From the NCBI GenBank assembly GCA_000004985.1, contig GG738909.1: a stretch of 64,000 nt of DNA; one strand, 5' to 3'. The position numbers and the translations under genes are program-made. The notes beneath the pieces were generated by a model, which saw only the letters and a list, made by a program, of their open reading frames with translations, was not told the DNA's origin and made no database searches. The DNA is from Naegleria gruberi (Eukaryota). Of this stretch, positions 9,560 through 21,757 are shown one piece after another. Within the stretch, counting starts at the first letter, position 1, and each line of letters opens with the position of its first letter.

Positions 9560-12500
9560 TTATTTTGATTCAGTGATAGGAGCTACAATTAATGTATTTT
9601 CATCTTCCTTTGATAAACTCAATTTGATTTCTAAAGTATTCTCATTAATGTTTGAATGGAAATCTTGTTGTTTTGCGTTCATTACAATGGACAAAGCGTT
9701 CAGAGGAAGTTTCTTTTCTAATAATGGCTTCACAATTTCTACTATGCAGGAAATACAAGTAGTTCCTGTCATTATTTGAGCCATCGGTGTGCTTAGATCC
9801 TCAAGAGATGGAAAGAAGGTTACTGTAAACATAACACCGGTTTCTTCCTTGATGTGCTCGATGAATTGATCAACAGCTCTTTCCATTTTCCAATTCCTAA
9901 TACTCTTACCAATAGAGGTTGCAATTATCATGTCATCAGAGATGTTTTTGGAAATTCTTGGTGTTTCAAATTCAAATGAAAGATGTTGCATCTCTGTACC
10001 GTACAGAGAAGCACTAATATCAAAGAAACAAAGAAATAGATCGGCAGCCTTATTTTCCAATGTTGGATGCATTATGGAAGACATTTGTTCGAATAATTGT
10101 TTTCTCTCTTCTAAAATCTTTGCCTTTAAGCCGGGTGTATCTTCAATGACTGTTAAAATAAACTTGCTTAATTTGGTTCTATTGAGAAGAATACTCATTG
10201 TAATTATATTGCTCGCTATTTCATCTCCACATGTTAAAATTTCAAATAATCCTTTTTCTATCAAATTACTTCCACTTAACTTGATAGTTTTGTGATAGAG
10301 ATTAAAAAGTCGAAGAAGAGAATCCTCATCGAGTTGAATTCTTCCCTGTTGAGTTGATGTAAAGAAGAAAATTGTCAAATTCTCGTAGGCAGAAGTGTAG
10401 ATAACAGCCTCAAAGAAACTAGTCCAATAGCTTCTTGGAGTTGCACTTTTACCAGAGAAACAATAAAACAACATATTGTCGGTAATTTCAGAGTGTGGAG
10501 AAGGAATACTCTTTTGGGCTACAAAATGATAAATAAATAATTTGATGAATTTGTCATCGAATCTAAAGCTCTCAGAGTTATCTATGTAATACTTCATCCA
10601 ATAACTCCTAATGAGAAGATGGTATGAATATGGTTCGATTTCGACATTCAATAGTGGAGCATCTGGATGTTCCTCATTATGCTTTAAGATCATGTTGAGA
10701 GCACCAACTTTAGTTGACCAATCTCCAAAAAGCTCAAGATTTGTTACCATTCCTTTCGATGAAAGATCTCTGAGGACTGAAAGACATTGCTTTCTAATTG
10801 CAACTTTTCCAGAGAGGTAAGCTAAATAATGAGTTGGGTAGACAATAGGTAGCTCCTCATCTTCCGACTCATTAATTTCATTGGACATTCCAGCCTTGTA
10901 TGATGTGTCTAAAAACATTTTCGAAAATACTGATATTTCTAAAGAGCTATGGACTAATTGGAAGGACTCAACACACCCACCATAACATATAGAATGGAGC
11001 GGTGTTTCATTGGAGTCACTCTTGATGGCCAATATTTGATCCATTGAAATGAATTCACATATGAGGGATGATAATAATTTGTCGCAACCACCTCTAAAAA
11101 CTGATAAAATGGATTCCGTGATAGAAGTTAAATCTTCAATGCTTAATTGTAAATTCTTATTCATAAAAGAGGAAATCAGCCTTTTAGTGCATTTGACATT
11201 GCCCACACTAATAGCATTTTTTAGCAGTGAGAGTAATTGAGGCTGCTTTTCAGAAGACCCTATCCATTCCTGGAGGTTATCCATGTCTTTTCTATTCTTT
11301 TCATTGAAAGTTCCAAAGCTGTATAAAAACTTTGAAATCTTCAACTGTTTTGCTGGTGTAATAATGTCGTTCAAGAGTGTAGGGGTAAGTAAATGAAGGC
11401 AAGAGTTCGACAAGCAAAAAAGAAGCACATTCTTGAATTCTGCAGTAAGAAACTCTTTCATATACTGTTCGATTGAAAGGTTTTTCTTGTGCAATCTGTA
11501 GTACTTGGCAAATTTTTCCAAAATGGATGAATGGTCTTGGAATTTGGAAAAATCAGGAGTTGAAAGCCCCAAACATGCTTTCAAAATCTCTGCTTCAATT
11601 AAAACTTGTTCTCTCATCCAAAAATCTTTATCATTACCCACTCTATCTTGCAAATATCCCAAGTTTGCAGTTACCGCTCTCAAAAATTCCTTCTGCACCA
11701 GCTCTTCGCTCCTTATACACTCCTTAATGCATTTTGCCGCTTCTTCCAAAATCTCAAATGCATTAGGTGTTTCAAAATTCTCATCTTCAATCCTTTCCTT
11801 AACATAATTGTTGTCAATGTAGAAGAGCAAAATGTATCTTCTAATATTTGGCATCTCCAACTTAAAACTGGTATTTCTTTCAATTTGCTTTTTTGTACTT
11901 TTCTTGACATCAGCATGTTCGTAAGGTTTTAAAAGGTATCTTTTTAGAAATTGTGAATCACTACATCCAACAACCCAGTTCTTAATCCATGATCTCATGT
12001 CATCATCGACAACAGTAATCGTTCCATCAAGGGTTTCAACTTTAAATTGAGGATGCAATAACTTGGAAACAACCTTGAACTCTGCCTTCTTAAGAAATAA
12101 ACACATGAGGATATGAAGTATTGGGGCATCAGAACCGTCATCAGAGGAAACCTGAGCAACTGTAGTAAAGAAATCCTCTGTGAGAATACTTGCAAGATTA
12201 CTTGTGCAATAAACAAGTGTTGTTAAGGCATTATAAATCATATCACTTTGCTTCAAGCTTGTAAAGTTCGATTCGAATTTGTATTTCAAATCATCATGAT
12301 TCAAACCAATTTCTTTCAGGAATGTTACTATTTCTTTGAACATTTCAATTTTTCTCATTACAAGACATTGTTGAACTATGTAACCACATTGATTCTTAAG
12401 GGATGTTCTGAATTCATCACCTTCGGAGCACAATTCTTTAACTCTACTCCAAATTACTTGTTGTAACATTACTGCGTGAGGAATGTCAGAATGGACTGAT

Positions 12501-14296
12501 AGAATGTATTCCAATGGAGATTGCTCGAATTTGTTGGATTCAAATGCATGCAACTTTTTGGAAGGTATTGTATTGTTTTTAAGTAATAGTTGACCTATTA
12601 GGTTTGTTGAATTTGATATTACTTTTTCCACAAGTTCTAGTAATTCAACATCTCTTGAATTGAGGCTTAACTCGATTAATTGCACGGTTTCAGTGGTCGA
12701 TAATTTGAAATTGTGCGTTTCCACTAAAAATGTAACGAGAGGAATGTTTCCAGCCCTCATATTTTGAATAATTGTAGATAAGGCGGAACGAGAAGAAGAA
12801 TTTTCAGCTTCTCTCTTTTCAAATATGGAAGGATAAAACCTGTGTAACATCTTGGCAACATGCACACTCTTGATGTAGTTCAAAATAAATGGCCTACAAG
12901 CTTCAGGTTTACCAATACTTGCATAACTACTAATCAGAGGGATGTTTTCATCCAATACAGCCATTTCTAATTGAGTGAGACCATATCTATCCTCAACGAT
13001 ATTAACATTTTCAGGTTTGAATAGATCGAGTCTGATTTTCCATTGAGCTGCTTCATTAAAGTAGAGAGCTCTAAAATCCTGGGTATATTTCTGCTTTTCT
13101 GCTTTCTTTTTGTAAAGCTTTTCTAATATTTGAAGTGCTGTTGTGTTTTGCTTATCCAATCCCCAGAATAGCTTTAAAATTGATTCGTATGGACTTGAAG
13201 TCTTTCCTGCCAATGATGCTAGTTCTTGAACTAGACTGTAAGCTAACTCACCATCTTCCGAGTAAAGGGAACTGTATTTGTGAGAAATCAATTCTTCATT
13301 ATTGTTTGGTCTAAACAGATCAGTTTCAATATCTATGTGTTCTGCCAATTTTTTCAACATTTCCAAACTCGTTACATAAAATAGAGCAGTATTTGAGTTG
13401 GTGTCTCTTTGTGATGGACTTGCCCCAAGTTGCAATAACGAATCCACTGCTTTCATGTTGTTCTTACCCACAGCAAAATGAAGGAGAGGCATTCCCATAC
13501 AAGTATTCATGTAAATACTTCCTTTGAAATCAGAAGGAATTGTGTGATTTTCCTCAATACTAATTAATGCATTTTCCGTGTGTTGCATCAAGTTTTTAAA
13601 GTCCTCATTGCCTTCAATAAAGTAATTTCTCCTCTCCTCAGTAATTGTGAATGGTTTTTCTAATTGCTCTGGTAATGCCTCTACCAGTGCTTGAATGATT
13701 GGAAGGAGAACCTTATCAGATTCAATAGATTTCGGAATTTGAATTGAAGTTAGAACGGCTTTGTCATTCTTATCATCCACTTGTTGAATCATGGTTGCAA
13801 TTACTGTTGAATATCCTCTCACCCTAACAAAAACAATTGTTTCCATATCAATATCACCCCCCTCAATATCCAAGAAAAAGCAATCAGGAAAACAGTTATT
13901 CATCTCGAAATAGTAAACATCATCATTGGCCACATACTTGTTGGTCTCATCAGAACTGAGCCACTTTCCCCAAGTTGACAACAATTGCTCATCTCGTTTT
14001 TCATACTTTGAAAGAGCTCTCGATACTTTCTTTTCTGCTATTGAGGATTTTTTTTCCTCAGTTGATGTATTTACAGGATCTTGTTCTTGTTTTGTTTGAA
14101 TATGATGAGAGGATTTATCTGCTGATAGCGATGATGACGAAGCTTGTTTTACCTCCTCCTTCTTTGCCTCGGTATGTTGCTTTTGATCGTTCTTTGAAAC
14201 ACTCGATCTCAGCACCTTCTTTGGTTTTTCAGTGGAAAACCTTTGAGGTTCTTCAACATTCTTCAATTGCTTTTGTGTTGAACAGGCTGAACCCAT
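9560..14296 (-). CDS. Large 1578-aa protein with an N-myristoylation-type start (MGSACST) and at least two ankyrin-like repeats. Function unknown.
   Basis: A single 4.7-kb ORF with an ATG start. The N-terminus fits the MGxxxS/T consensus. Ankyrin-like repeats are GMPLLHFAVGKNNMKAVDSLLQLGASPSQRDTNSNTALFY and NETPLHSICYGG. An S/K/E-rich linker follows the N-terminus. Confidence 0.65.
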   Translation of the reverse strand: MGSACSTQKQLKNVEEPQRFSTEKPKKVLRSSVSKNDQKQHTEAKKEEVKQASSSSLSADKSSHHIQTKQEQDPVNTSTEEKKSSIAEKKVSRALSKYEKRDEQLLSTWGKWLSSDETNKYVANDDVYYFEMNNCFPDCFFLDIEGGDIDMETIVFVRVRGYSTVIATMIQQVDDKNDKAVLTSIQIPKSIESDKVLLPIIQALVEALPEQLEKPFTITEERRNYFIEGNEDFKNLMQHTENALISIEENHTIPSDFKGSIYMNTCMGMPLLHFAVGKNNMKAVDSLLQLGASPSQRDTNSNTALFYVTSLEMLKKLAEHIDIETDLFRPNNNEELISHKYSSLYSEDGELAYSLVQELASLAGKTSSPYESILKLFWGLDKQNTTALQILEKLYKKKAEKQKYTQDFRALYFNEAAQWKIRLDLFKPENVNIVEDRYGLTQLEMAVLDENIPLISSYASIGKPEACRPFILNYIKSVHVAKMLHRFYPSIFEKREAENSSSRSALSTIIQNMRAGNIPLVTFLVETHNFKLSTTETVQLIELSLNSRDVELLELVEKVISNSTNLIGQLLLKNNTIPSKKLHAFESNKFEQSPLEYILSVHSDIPHAVMLQQVIWSRVKELCSEGDEFRTSLKNQCGYIVQQCLVMRKIEMFKEIVTFLKEIGLNHDDLKYKFESNFTSLKQSDMIYNALTTLVYCTSNLASILTEDFFTTVAQVSSDDGSDAPILHILMCLFLKKAEFKVVSKLLHPQFKVETLDGTITVVDDDMRSWIKNWVVGCSDSQFLKRYLLKPYEHADVKKSTKKQIERNTSFKLEMPNIRRYILLFYIDNNYVKERIEDENFETPNAFEILEEAAKCIKECIRSEELVQKEFLRAVTANLGYLQDRVGNDKDFWMREQVLIEAEILKACLGLSTPDFSKFQDHSSILEKFAKYYRLHKKNLSIEQYMKEFLTAEFKNVLLFCLSNSCLHLLTPTLLNDIITPAKQLKISKFLYSFGTFNEKNRKDMDNLQEWIGSSEKQPQLLSLLKNAISVGNVKCTKRLISSFMNKNLQLSIEDLTSITESILSVFRGGCDKLLSSLICEFISMDQILAIKSDSNETPLHSICYGGCVESFQLVHSSLEISVFSKMFLDTSYKAGMSNEINESEDEELPIVYPTHYLAYLSGKVAIRKQCLSVLRDLSSKGMVTNLELFGDWSTKVGALNMILKHNEEHPDAPLLNVEIEPYSYHLLIRSYWMKYYIDNSESFRFDDKFIKLFIYHFVAQKSIPSPHSEITDNMLFYCFSGKSATPRSYWTSFFEAVIYTSAYENLTIFFFTSTQQGRIQLDEDSLLRLFNLYHKTIKLSGSNLIEKGLFEILTCGDEIASNIITMSILLNRTKLSKFILTVIEDTPGLKAKILEERKQLFEQMSSIMHPTLENKAADLFLCFFDISASLYGTEMQHLSFEFETPRISKNISDDMIIATSIGKSIRNWKMERAVDQFIEHIKEETGVMFTVTFFPSLEDLSTPMAQIMTGTTCISCIVEIVKPLLEKKLPLNALSIVMNAKQQDFHSNINENTLEIKLSLSKEDENTLIVAPITESK

Positions 14297-14662
14297 CTTT
14301 TCTAATATCTACGAATAATTTTTTGATGATTTTGCAAAATACAATAGTGAACCTTTTTTTTTAAGCAGAGGCAATTTTTTTAAAGTTCCTTCCGAGAAGT
14401 TGAACACTCTTTTGGTACTTCTGAACTCATTAAGAGAAATTGTTGACTGTACGCGTTCTTAAATTCCTTTTTGTTAAAGTAGTGTTGATGATGTATTGCT
14501 GGTGATGCTATTAAATATAATGGAGATGACAAATTTTCTGAGTATAATTATGCCATCAGAAAGAGATTAATTATACATCACCTATAAGGCTCTCCCGCCA
14601 AAATTAGATGAACTTAAAGTACAAATATTTGAGCAGAGATAAAAACAACCAAACTGAAAAAA

Positions 14663-16771
14663 ATGTCTTCAAAACAAATCGATAAATATCCAAGGTTCTT
14701 GAAAACAACTCATCCACCTCCAAACTCATCGGGATTGATGGAATCAAATCCTGAGAAGCCATTATCCAAGCTAAAGATTGAATATATTCATGGATGCTCA
14801 AAGAAGGGTTGTTATGGAAACGTGTTTCATGTTGATGATGAACAGCATTTAGTCTATCCTGCTGCTGGTTGTGGGGTAGTGCTTAATGTTGAGGATAACA
14901 CTCAAAAGGTATTCTGCAAGCATGATGATGATGTTGTTGCTTTGGCTAAACAGTATGTTGTTGATATCAAATTGTTATATTATTGACACCCTATTATTAA
15001 CAACAGTCCAAATGGTAGATACTTTGCTTCGGGGCAAATGGGAAAGGACGATATGATTTACATTTGGGACAGTCACCAACCTGAGGCAGGTCCAATTAAG
15101 GCACTCAAAACAAACACCCAATTCAAAAATGGAGGTGTGTTAACTTGTTGCTTTTCAACCGAAGGATCCTTACTAGCCTGTGTTGGTGGTAGTCCTAAAA
15201 TGAACATTATTTTAATTTATGATTGGAATAAGGGAACATGTCTTGCCAATGTGAAAGGAACTAATGAGGAAGTATATGCTTTATGTTTTTCAAAAGATGA
15301 CAATAATTTGTACTTGTGTGGAAAGAATACTTTTAAATATTATGCAGTCTCTAATTTGCAATCGAAAAATTGTGTTTTCAGACCAAAAGGATCAATTCAA
15401 AATGTTTATTGCATTTGTTTGGACGATAATGGAAACGCTGTGGTGGGAGTTGAGGATGGGAGTATTTACATTTTCACTGGAAATAATATTGTTCATGCTC
15501 ACGAGCAGGCTCACACTGGAGCTGTATATTCGGTGTCAAGATTTAGAAATGGTTTTGTTTCGGGAGGAAAGGACGGTGTTGTCAAGTTTTGGAGTTTTTC
15601 AAAGAATAATCAAATTACAGAAACATCCTCTGTACAAGTGGGATCAGCTGTTAAAAATGTTGCTTCAAACGAATCAGGAGATATTGTGTTTGTTTCGAAA
15701 TCAAATGGTGATTTAGAGCGAATTCTCAACAAGTCCACTAATACTCTCATTTCTTTATCTCATTTTGGTAATCATTTGAAGGAATTATGGGGATTAGCCA
15801 CATTCAAGAACAGCTCTCTTTTCGCAACTGCATCTGATGATGGCAGAGTCATTGTGTGGGATACTGAAACAAGAAAGCACATTTCACAGGTGAGAGTGAC
15901 AAGTTTGGAATTGAGAGCTGTGGCAGTTTCTCCAGATCATTTCCACATTGCAACCACAACAAAGGAGGGATCCCTGTTTGTCCTCAGATTTTCAAAGAAT
16001 AAGATATTCGAGGATCCAATAGTTAACAGAAAGGATTCTATTGAAGAGATTGCTGCTTTGCAGTATTCACATGATGGTTCATTGCTGGTGGCTGGAAGTC
16101 ATGATAATTACGTCTATGTATATGATGTCAAGAAGGGATATAATTTGATAGGAAAGCTGAAAGGCCATTCATCATTTGTTAAGCATATTGATATTTCCAA
16201 AGATAATCAATACATAAGGAGTAACAGTGGAGATTATGAGATTTTGTTGTGGGATATTCCTTCAATGGCTCAATCAATGAATCCAAACATTGAGGACATT
16301 CAATGGCAAACCAATAATTGTACCCTTGGTTATAATGTTCGAGGAATATGGAAATCAGATATGGATGGATCAGATATTAACAGTGTTGATGTTGACTTGT
16401 CTAAAAAACTTGTTGTGGTTGGAACTGACAACTGCCAAGTCAGTCTTTACAATTATCCATGCTCGACAATTGGAGCCAAAGATGTCTCTTATATTGGACA
16501 TTGTAGCCATGTAACTGCTGTCAAATTCTCTGTTAACAATAAGATACTTTCCTGTGGAGGTGGCGATCTGACAACCATTCAGTGGTGTCTTGATAATTGC
16601 TCTGGCTCCTCTGTAGTAATGACCTTCAAAAGTGAAGAAAGGGAGCTTGAATCTGTTTCTGTGGAAGAAAAGAGCCACATTGGCTCTCAACCAAACAGTC
16701 TTGTTTACCATCCACCTCAAAAGGAATCAACACCGAAAAAACCATTCTTTAAACGTTGTGAAATACTTTAA
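14663..16771 (+). CDS. Echinoderm-microtubule-associated-protein-like (EMAP/EML) protein with a HELP motif and a WD40 beta-propeller. Two exons, 14663-14952 and 15007-16771, with a 54-nt intron at 14953-15006 (GTATGT...CAG).
   Basis: KLKIEYIHGCSKKGCYGNVFHVDDEQHLVYPAAGCGVVLNVEDNTQKVFCKHDDDVVALAK|HPNGRYFASGQMGKDDMIYIWD aligns with the EML HELP region (KLKLEWVYGYRGRDCRANVY...LAIHPDKIRIATGQ). Multiple WD-like blades follow. Confidence 0.75.
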
Positions 16772-17114
16772 AAAATAAAATATGAATTAACCAGTACTGC
16801 CAACCCTTGCACTTTTTTCAACATTAGAGGTGTTTGAGTAACATGTTACTCATTAATACTCAATTTCATTACTTCATAATATTTCCAAAACCGAACCATA
16901 CACAACAGCTACTTTTCCAATTCTGGTGCCAATAATACATAAAGCTTAATTTGTAATCAGCTTCAAAATTGAAAGAAAAAAATCGCGATAAAAGAATCTG
17001 CATTGTTGAAGAGAAAAAAACACAAAAACTGAAAACTGCTGAAGCAAGAAACTAGCGCGGACTCTGAAATAAGCCTAATAACAAATTAATTAATATAATA
17101 ACAATAATAACAAC

Positions 17115-19031
17115 ATGCCTTTTGCAATTCATCATCACTATGAAAGTAATCCTAAAAAGAGGAGAAGGAAGAATAGTAAAAAGAAGAATCATCAAGAATA
17201 CAACAAACATACTCTTCCGATACAAAAGCAAACACACCATTCACAACAACAAGTTGGTGTTTTACCAGTTACTGCTAGTGAACCTAGTTTTGGAAGTATG
17301 GAAGATGAAGAAATAGAAATGGATAATATTAACAGCAAAACTAAACATCTGCATGGTACTAAATCGTGGTGTTCCAACGAATTGGCTATGGCTGAACAGG
17401 AGGAAGAGGATTTCACTGTGGAAAATGGAGCTTCATTGAATAGAATACCATCATTTCATCCAAAACAAAAACAGATTCCTGGAAAACTTTCAATGAAGAG
17501 TTCAGTTTCACTCTCGGAATTGAGAAAGGAGCACTCAGCCATCTCTCATGATACTCTAGTAGTGGATTCATCAAATAGAGAATCTTTGGATATGACCAGT
17601 TTGGTAGGACAGCATTCAGACACTGTCAATCTTCTTGGTTTTGGAAGTAAGACGAGTATGGATCAGCCTTACTCTGATGAAGGACATCACACCGATGGTG
17701 AATCAGTTAGTACTGTTCATCACTATTCATCCTCACCAAAATCAATTTGGATCAATATCAAAAGTATTTACAAAGCACTCTTACCACACATTTTACTCAT
17801 TAGTAATTTGGTTTTATTTGGTGGTTTCTACTTGTTATCACCACATGCCATGAAGATTTTCAGACCTATCATTTTTGGAGTTTTCAGAGTTGGAATTATG
17901 ATCATTTGCATGTTTCCAGTAATGCTCTATTTTGATAGAAGTTATTCATTTAGAAACGAGAAAAAATTGAGAAGAAGAAAGGAAGAATATTCTATTCTTG
18001 TTTCCTCAAAAAGAGATTCCCTACTTTACTATTATTACCAAGCTAATTATTATTTATTTTATGCCAACCCAATTGTGGATTATGCATTGAGGAAAATTCC
18101 AAAGTGGAAACAAACCAAAACTTTAACATGGTGTGGAATTTTCATTATTTTGAATCAAATCACTTTCCTGACAGGATATTATTTAACCAATGCTACCGTG
18201 AGTAGCTCACTTTCACCTTGCACAAGTGTTATTACTTGTATACTTTCCATGTTGTTGGGTAGAGAACCAAAGTCGATATTGAAATTGGTTGGTGTCATTA
18301 CCTCAGTTATGGGTGCTATTGCCATGATTATTTTAACAGCCTTGCTGAAAGAAAAATCTTTCACAACCCTTATTCCAGACACTTCAACAATTGAGGATCC
18401 AACTCACTATCACTGGAATATTTATCATCCAGGTCAAATTCAATCAAGTGATTCTGGCTCTATTGGAATAGGATTTGTTTTGGGACTTTTATTCTTATTA
18501 TTGAGTACACTGGTCAATTCATTGTACTTGCTCACCCAAAAGAAACTCCTGAACAATAATGTTCCTCCTATTACTGTCACATTTTGGTCCTTCTTCTATG
18601 GATACGGTGTACTCTTATTTGTTGGATGTTTCTTCTTACCAATCAACTTTAGTAAGGTTGATTTAATGTCTGCAGTTGGATTAATTTATGCTGGTTTACC
18701 ATTCGGTGCTGTACAATTCATTTTCCAAACAAAAGCTTCCTCAATGAGTACACCAACCATTGTAGGTCTCTATTCCACAATGTCACCAATGGTTGGATTA
18801 ATCACTGGCTTGACATTCTTAGGAGAAAAGACAAGTCCATTCGTCGTCTTGGGTGGTATCTTTATTATTATGGGAGTCATTATTGTTATTGTTGCCAGAT
18901 ATAAGGAAACTCATATCAAGAAACAAGAGGAACTTCACAATACAGATTCAGAATCAGTTTCCTCACTCGAGTTGCCAAACATTAATAGTTTGGAATTGGT
19001 TGACTCGGAAGAAAGATTGAATAAAGTTTAA
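17115..19031 (+). CDS. Multi-pass membrane protein of the drug/metabolite-transporter (EamA/SLC35-like) type. It has a ~290-aa hydrophilic, basic, Ser-rich N-terminal extension.
   Basis: About 10 predicted TM helices in the C-terminal 350 aa. EamA-like stretches are LSPCTSVITCILSMLLGREPKSILKLVGVITSVMGAIAMI and TIVGLYSTMSPMVGLITGLTFLGEKTSPFVVLGGIFIIMGVIIV. ATG start at 17115. Confidence 0.5.
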   Translation: MPFAIHHHYESNPKKRRRKNSKKKNHQEYNKHTLPIQKQTHHSQQQVGVLPVTASEPSFGSMEDEEIEMDNINSKTKHLHGTKSWCSNELAMAEQEEEDFTVENGASLNRIPSFHPKQKQIPGKLSMKSSVSLSELRKEHSAISHDTLVVDSSNRESLDMTSLVGQHSDTVNLLGFGSKTSMDQPYSDEGHHTDGESVSTVHHYSSSPKSIWINIKSIYKALLPHILLISNLVLFGGFYLLSPHAMKIFRPIIFGVFRVGIMIICMFPVMLYFDRSYSFRNEKKLRRRKEEYSILVSSKRDSLLYYYYQANYYLFYANPIVDYALRKIPKWKQTKTLTWCGIFIILNQITFLTGYYLTNATVSSSLSPCTSVITCILSMLLGREPKSILKLVGVITSVMGAIAMIILTALLKEKSFTTLIPDTSTIEDPTHYHWNIYHPGQIQSSDSGSIGIGFVLGLLFLLLSTLVNSLYLLTQKKLLNNNVPPITVTFWSFFYGYGVLLFVGCFFLPINFSKVDLMSAVGLIYAGLPFGAVQFIFQTKASSMSTPTIVGLYSTMSPMVGLITGLTFLGEKTSPFVVLGGIFIIMGVIIVIVARYKETHIKKQEELHNTDSESVSSLELPNINSLELVDSEERLNKV

Positions 19032-19242
19032 ATCTATTCCTCCTCCACCTGTTGTTGTATTAACACAGCCATCCAAATTAGGAAATATTAAAGCACAAAA
19101 GTTCAACAACCAGCCTCCAATAAACAAAGCCTTTCATTTCACAGGCTAGCCTCCAATAATTCAAAGCCTTTCTTTCAAACTATAAAACGCGTTCAGCTCT
19201 ACAACACTATTCGAAACAAGTTAAAAAAAACAAACTAAACAA

Positions 19243-20419
19243 ATGCAACCCAATACTATCCAACTAACCACAACCTTCAATAACAAGGCTTTCATTCCCT
19301 CACCAACAACAACTACCTATTCCACATCCTTTCCATCTCATCACTTCATTCTTCCATTCGAAGAAGTTTATCTACTCAGCAGTTCGAGTGTTTCGAGTTG
19401 TGATGTGGAGGCTATTGAATCATTGTTTTGTTTACGAGAATCTACTTGCAAAGAAGAGAATGTGCCAATTTATCAGCCACAGGTTTCGTCTGTAGTTTCA
19501 CAAGTTTCGTCCAATGCCAAAGATGTCATTTCAAGTAAGAGGAAAGGAGGCTGGAACGTCATAACAACAACCTCTCCAAAGAAGAATGAAAATCCAAATA
19601 GTGGTAAAAGGAAAAGAGTAAGTTTCGAATAATGACTATTTCTACAAGTTTCTAATAATTCAGAAAGAAACAAATTATACCATTATTGAAATTCCACCAC
19701 GTAAAACTCTCAAGGAATCTTCCATCGAAGAATATTTGCAAAAGGCTAAACAATTAATCACACTCTCGGAAGACGAAATCTATTCGAAACTCTTCTTTGA
19801 TTTCCACACTATTAGAAATGAAGTAGCCAACATGATTTTGAATAAGAATTCCGAACCTCTCATGACCATGTTTCGAACCAATGCCACCAAGAAGAATCTC
19901 ATTCGAATGATTTATGCTGTCAAAGTTGCTTCAGAGGAAGAACGAAACGAAACTTCCATTAGATTTGGACGAAACTTGGCCAGATATCCAATTCTTGCTT
20001 TGGTTATTACTAGTATGAGACCGTTTAGGGCAGTTTCTTCCAATGAGATTACAAGAATTGCAAAATCTATTGGTCTGACGAAATCATCCAAGTTTCCACA
20101 AATTTTAGACGAAATGATGAATCCTCCGAAACCACCAAGAAAATTAAGAAAAAGACAAGTGGCACATGTTGTTGACAGTCATACGTTGGATATTACCTAT
20201 CCAGTTCTGAATCAACAGTTACAACCATTGGAAATAAGTCGCGTCCAAGTTGTTGATGAAAGTTGTTGTGTGGAAAGTTTGAAAGTTGATGTGGAAACAA
20301 TTGTTAGACCAATAAGTGGAGAAGGAAGAGGAGAATGTAGTTTGATACTTGATGATGAAGATGCTACAAAATCGTATTGTAGTTGGTTGTTGAATTTGAC
20401 GAATCCTTTCGTACAATAA
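19243..20419 (+). CDS. Hypothetical protein with a basic N-terminus (GKRKR) and a globular C-terminal domain. Two exons, 19243-19617 and 19664-20419, with a 46-nt intron at 19618-19663 (GTAAGT...CAG).
   Basis: Track ORFs 19243-19632 and 19736-20419 become a continuous reading frame once the GTAAGT...TTCAG intron is removed. No family was recognised. Confidence 0.55.
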
Positions 20420-20611
20420 TATTCGAAATATTTTTTAAAATGTGGTCAGTTTAGTCCCTCCACTCAATGATGACATTTTTTATTTATTAAATTATTAAAA
20501 TCCTTATTAAATTCTATTGTAATTATAAAAAGTTTACAAATTTTGTAAAATTGTCAATTTCAAAATGAACAAAAACTCAAAATTTTCATTTTAAAAATAA
20601 ACTTTTAAAAA

Positions 20612-21757
20612 ATGTCTCTAAACCTAACAGATCTTTACACTCAAATTCCAAATTCCATTCCGTTGATCACTCTACCTGATCATGATCCTAACAAGACGGC
20701 AAAATCATCTTCCGAAGATTTATTCGAAAGTACTGCTTCCTTTGCACAATCTTTTAATCCTCATACGGAAATGGAACAAGCCAAGGAATTTTTCAATGAA
20801 TGGGGATTTGTTGTATTCAATTCAATTCTCAATCAAGAGCAAATCAACAATTCCATTTCTGATATTTTTACATATTTGGAATCTGGTCATTACAATGCAA
20901 GTTATACGAAAGATTTCATGAAAGATCCATTGGATCTTCCAAAGAGCAATGTCTCTCATCTCGATAAGTCAACTTGGACCAATAAGAATTGGCCAGCCAT
21001 GAAAGAAGAAGGAATTCTTGGCTCACCTCCAGTGTTTACAAAACAAGCAATGGAAAATAGAGAAAATGAGAATGTCTATCATGCATTTAAAGAAATAATT
21101 GGAAATGAGGATTTGTGGGTTTCGATGGATAGATATGGATTCTTTAGACCTACTGTTGAAAATGAAGAATGGAAATCTAGAAGAAATATTCATTTGGATA
21201 GAAATCCTTGGAATTATGTTTACAACAAGAATCCAATTGAGGAATCCTTCCCAAGGGAGTATTATTTCTTACCAGAATTTTGTGGAGAATTCAATGAAGG
21301 AGGAAATTATAAGGATGGTATTGTCAAAGTTCAGGGTTTGATTAATTTTGTGGATAATAGAGCTCAGGACGGAGGTTTTATTATTGTGCCAAAGTTTAAT
21401 AAGATTTTTAAGGAATGGACTCAATTGACAAGAAATACACTTGCCAATAAGTATGTAGACTCATCATTTGTGGTACTTTCAAGACAAGAAAAGGAATTAT
21501 TTAATAAGGCAGTCAGAATTCCACTCAAGGCAGGCGACATGTTGATTTGGGACATTTGTATGCCTCATGGATCAGCTCCAAATGAAAGTGATAGATATAG
21601 ATTGTGTCAATTCTTGAAAATGTTCCCAAGTTACAAGCCAACCACTAAACAAGGTAACAGTTCATTGGAAATAAGACGAAAGATTATCAGAAAGGCATTA
21701 GAACGTTATAGAATGAATCCAACTCCACTCGGAAACAAACTTTTCGGTCTCGAATAA
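20612..21757 (+). CDS. Phytanoyl-CoA dioxygenase (PhyH)-like 2-oxoglutarate/Fe(II) oxygenase family protein.
   Basis: An HxD motif (NIHLDRNPWNY) and a distal His (DICMPHGSAPNESDRYR) are spaced as in the PhyH family. Single-exon ORF with an ATG in an A-rich context. Confidence 0.5.
   Translation: MSLNLTDLYTQIPNSIPLITLPDHDPNKTAKSSSEDLFESTASFAQSFNPHTEMEQAKEFFNEWGFVVFNSILNQEQINNSISDIFTYLESGHYNASYTKDFMKDPLDLPKSNVSHLDKSTWTNKNWPAMKEEGILGSPPVFTKQAMENRENENVYHAFKEIIGNEDLWVSMDRYGFFRPTVENEEWKSRRNIHLDRNPWNYVYNKNPIEESFPREYYFLPEFCGEFNEGGNYKDGIVKVQGLINFVDNRAQDGGFIIVPKFNKIFKEWTQLTRNTLANKYVDSSFVVLSRQEKELFNKAVRIPLKAGDMLIWDICMPHGSAPNESDRYRLCQFLKMFPSYKPTTKQGNSSLEIRRKIIRKALERYRMNPTPLGNKLFGLE

Noticed and set aside
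10611-10650. A tRNA-like GGTTCGATTTCGA motif.
   Set aside because: It lies inside the 1578-aa CDS and has no flanking acceptor or anticodon stem complementarity. No convincing tRNA genes were found by eye anywhere in the window, although a covariance-model scan was not possible.
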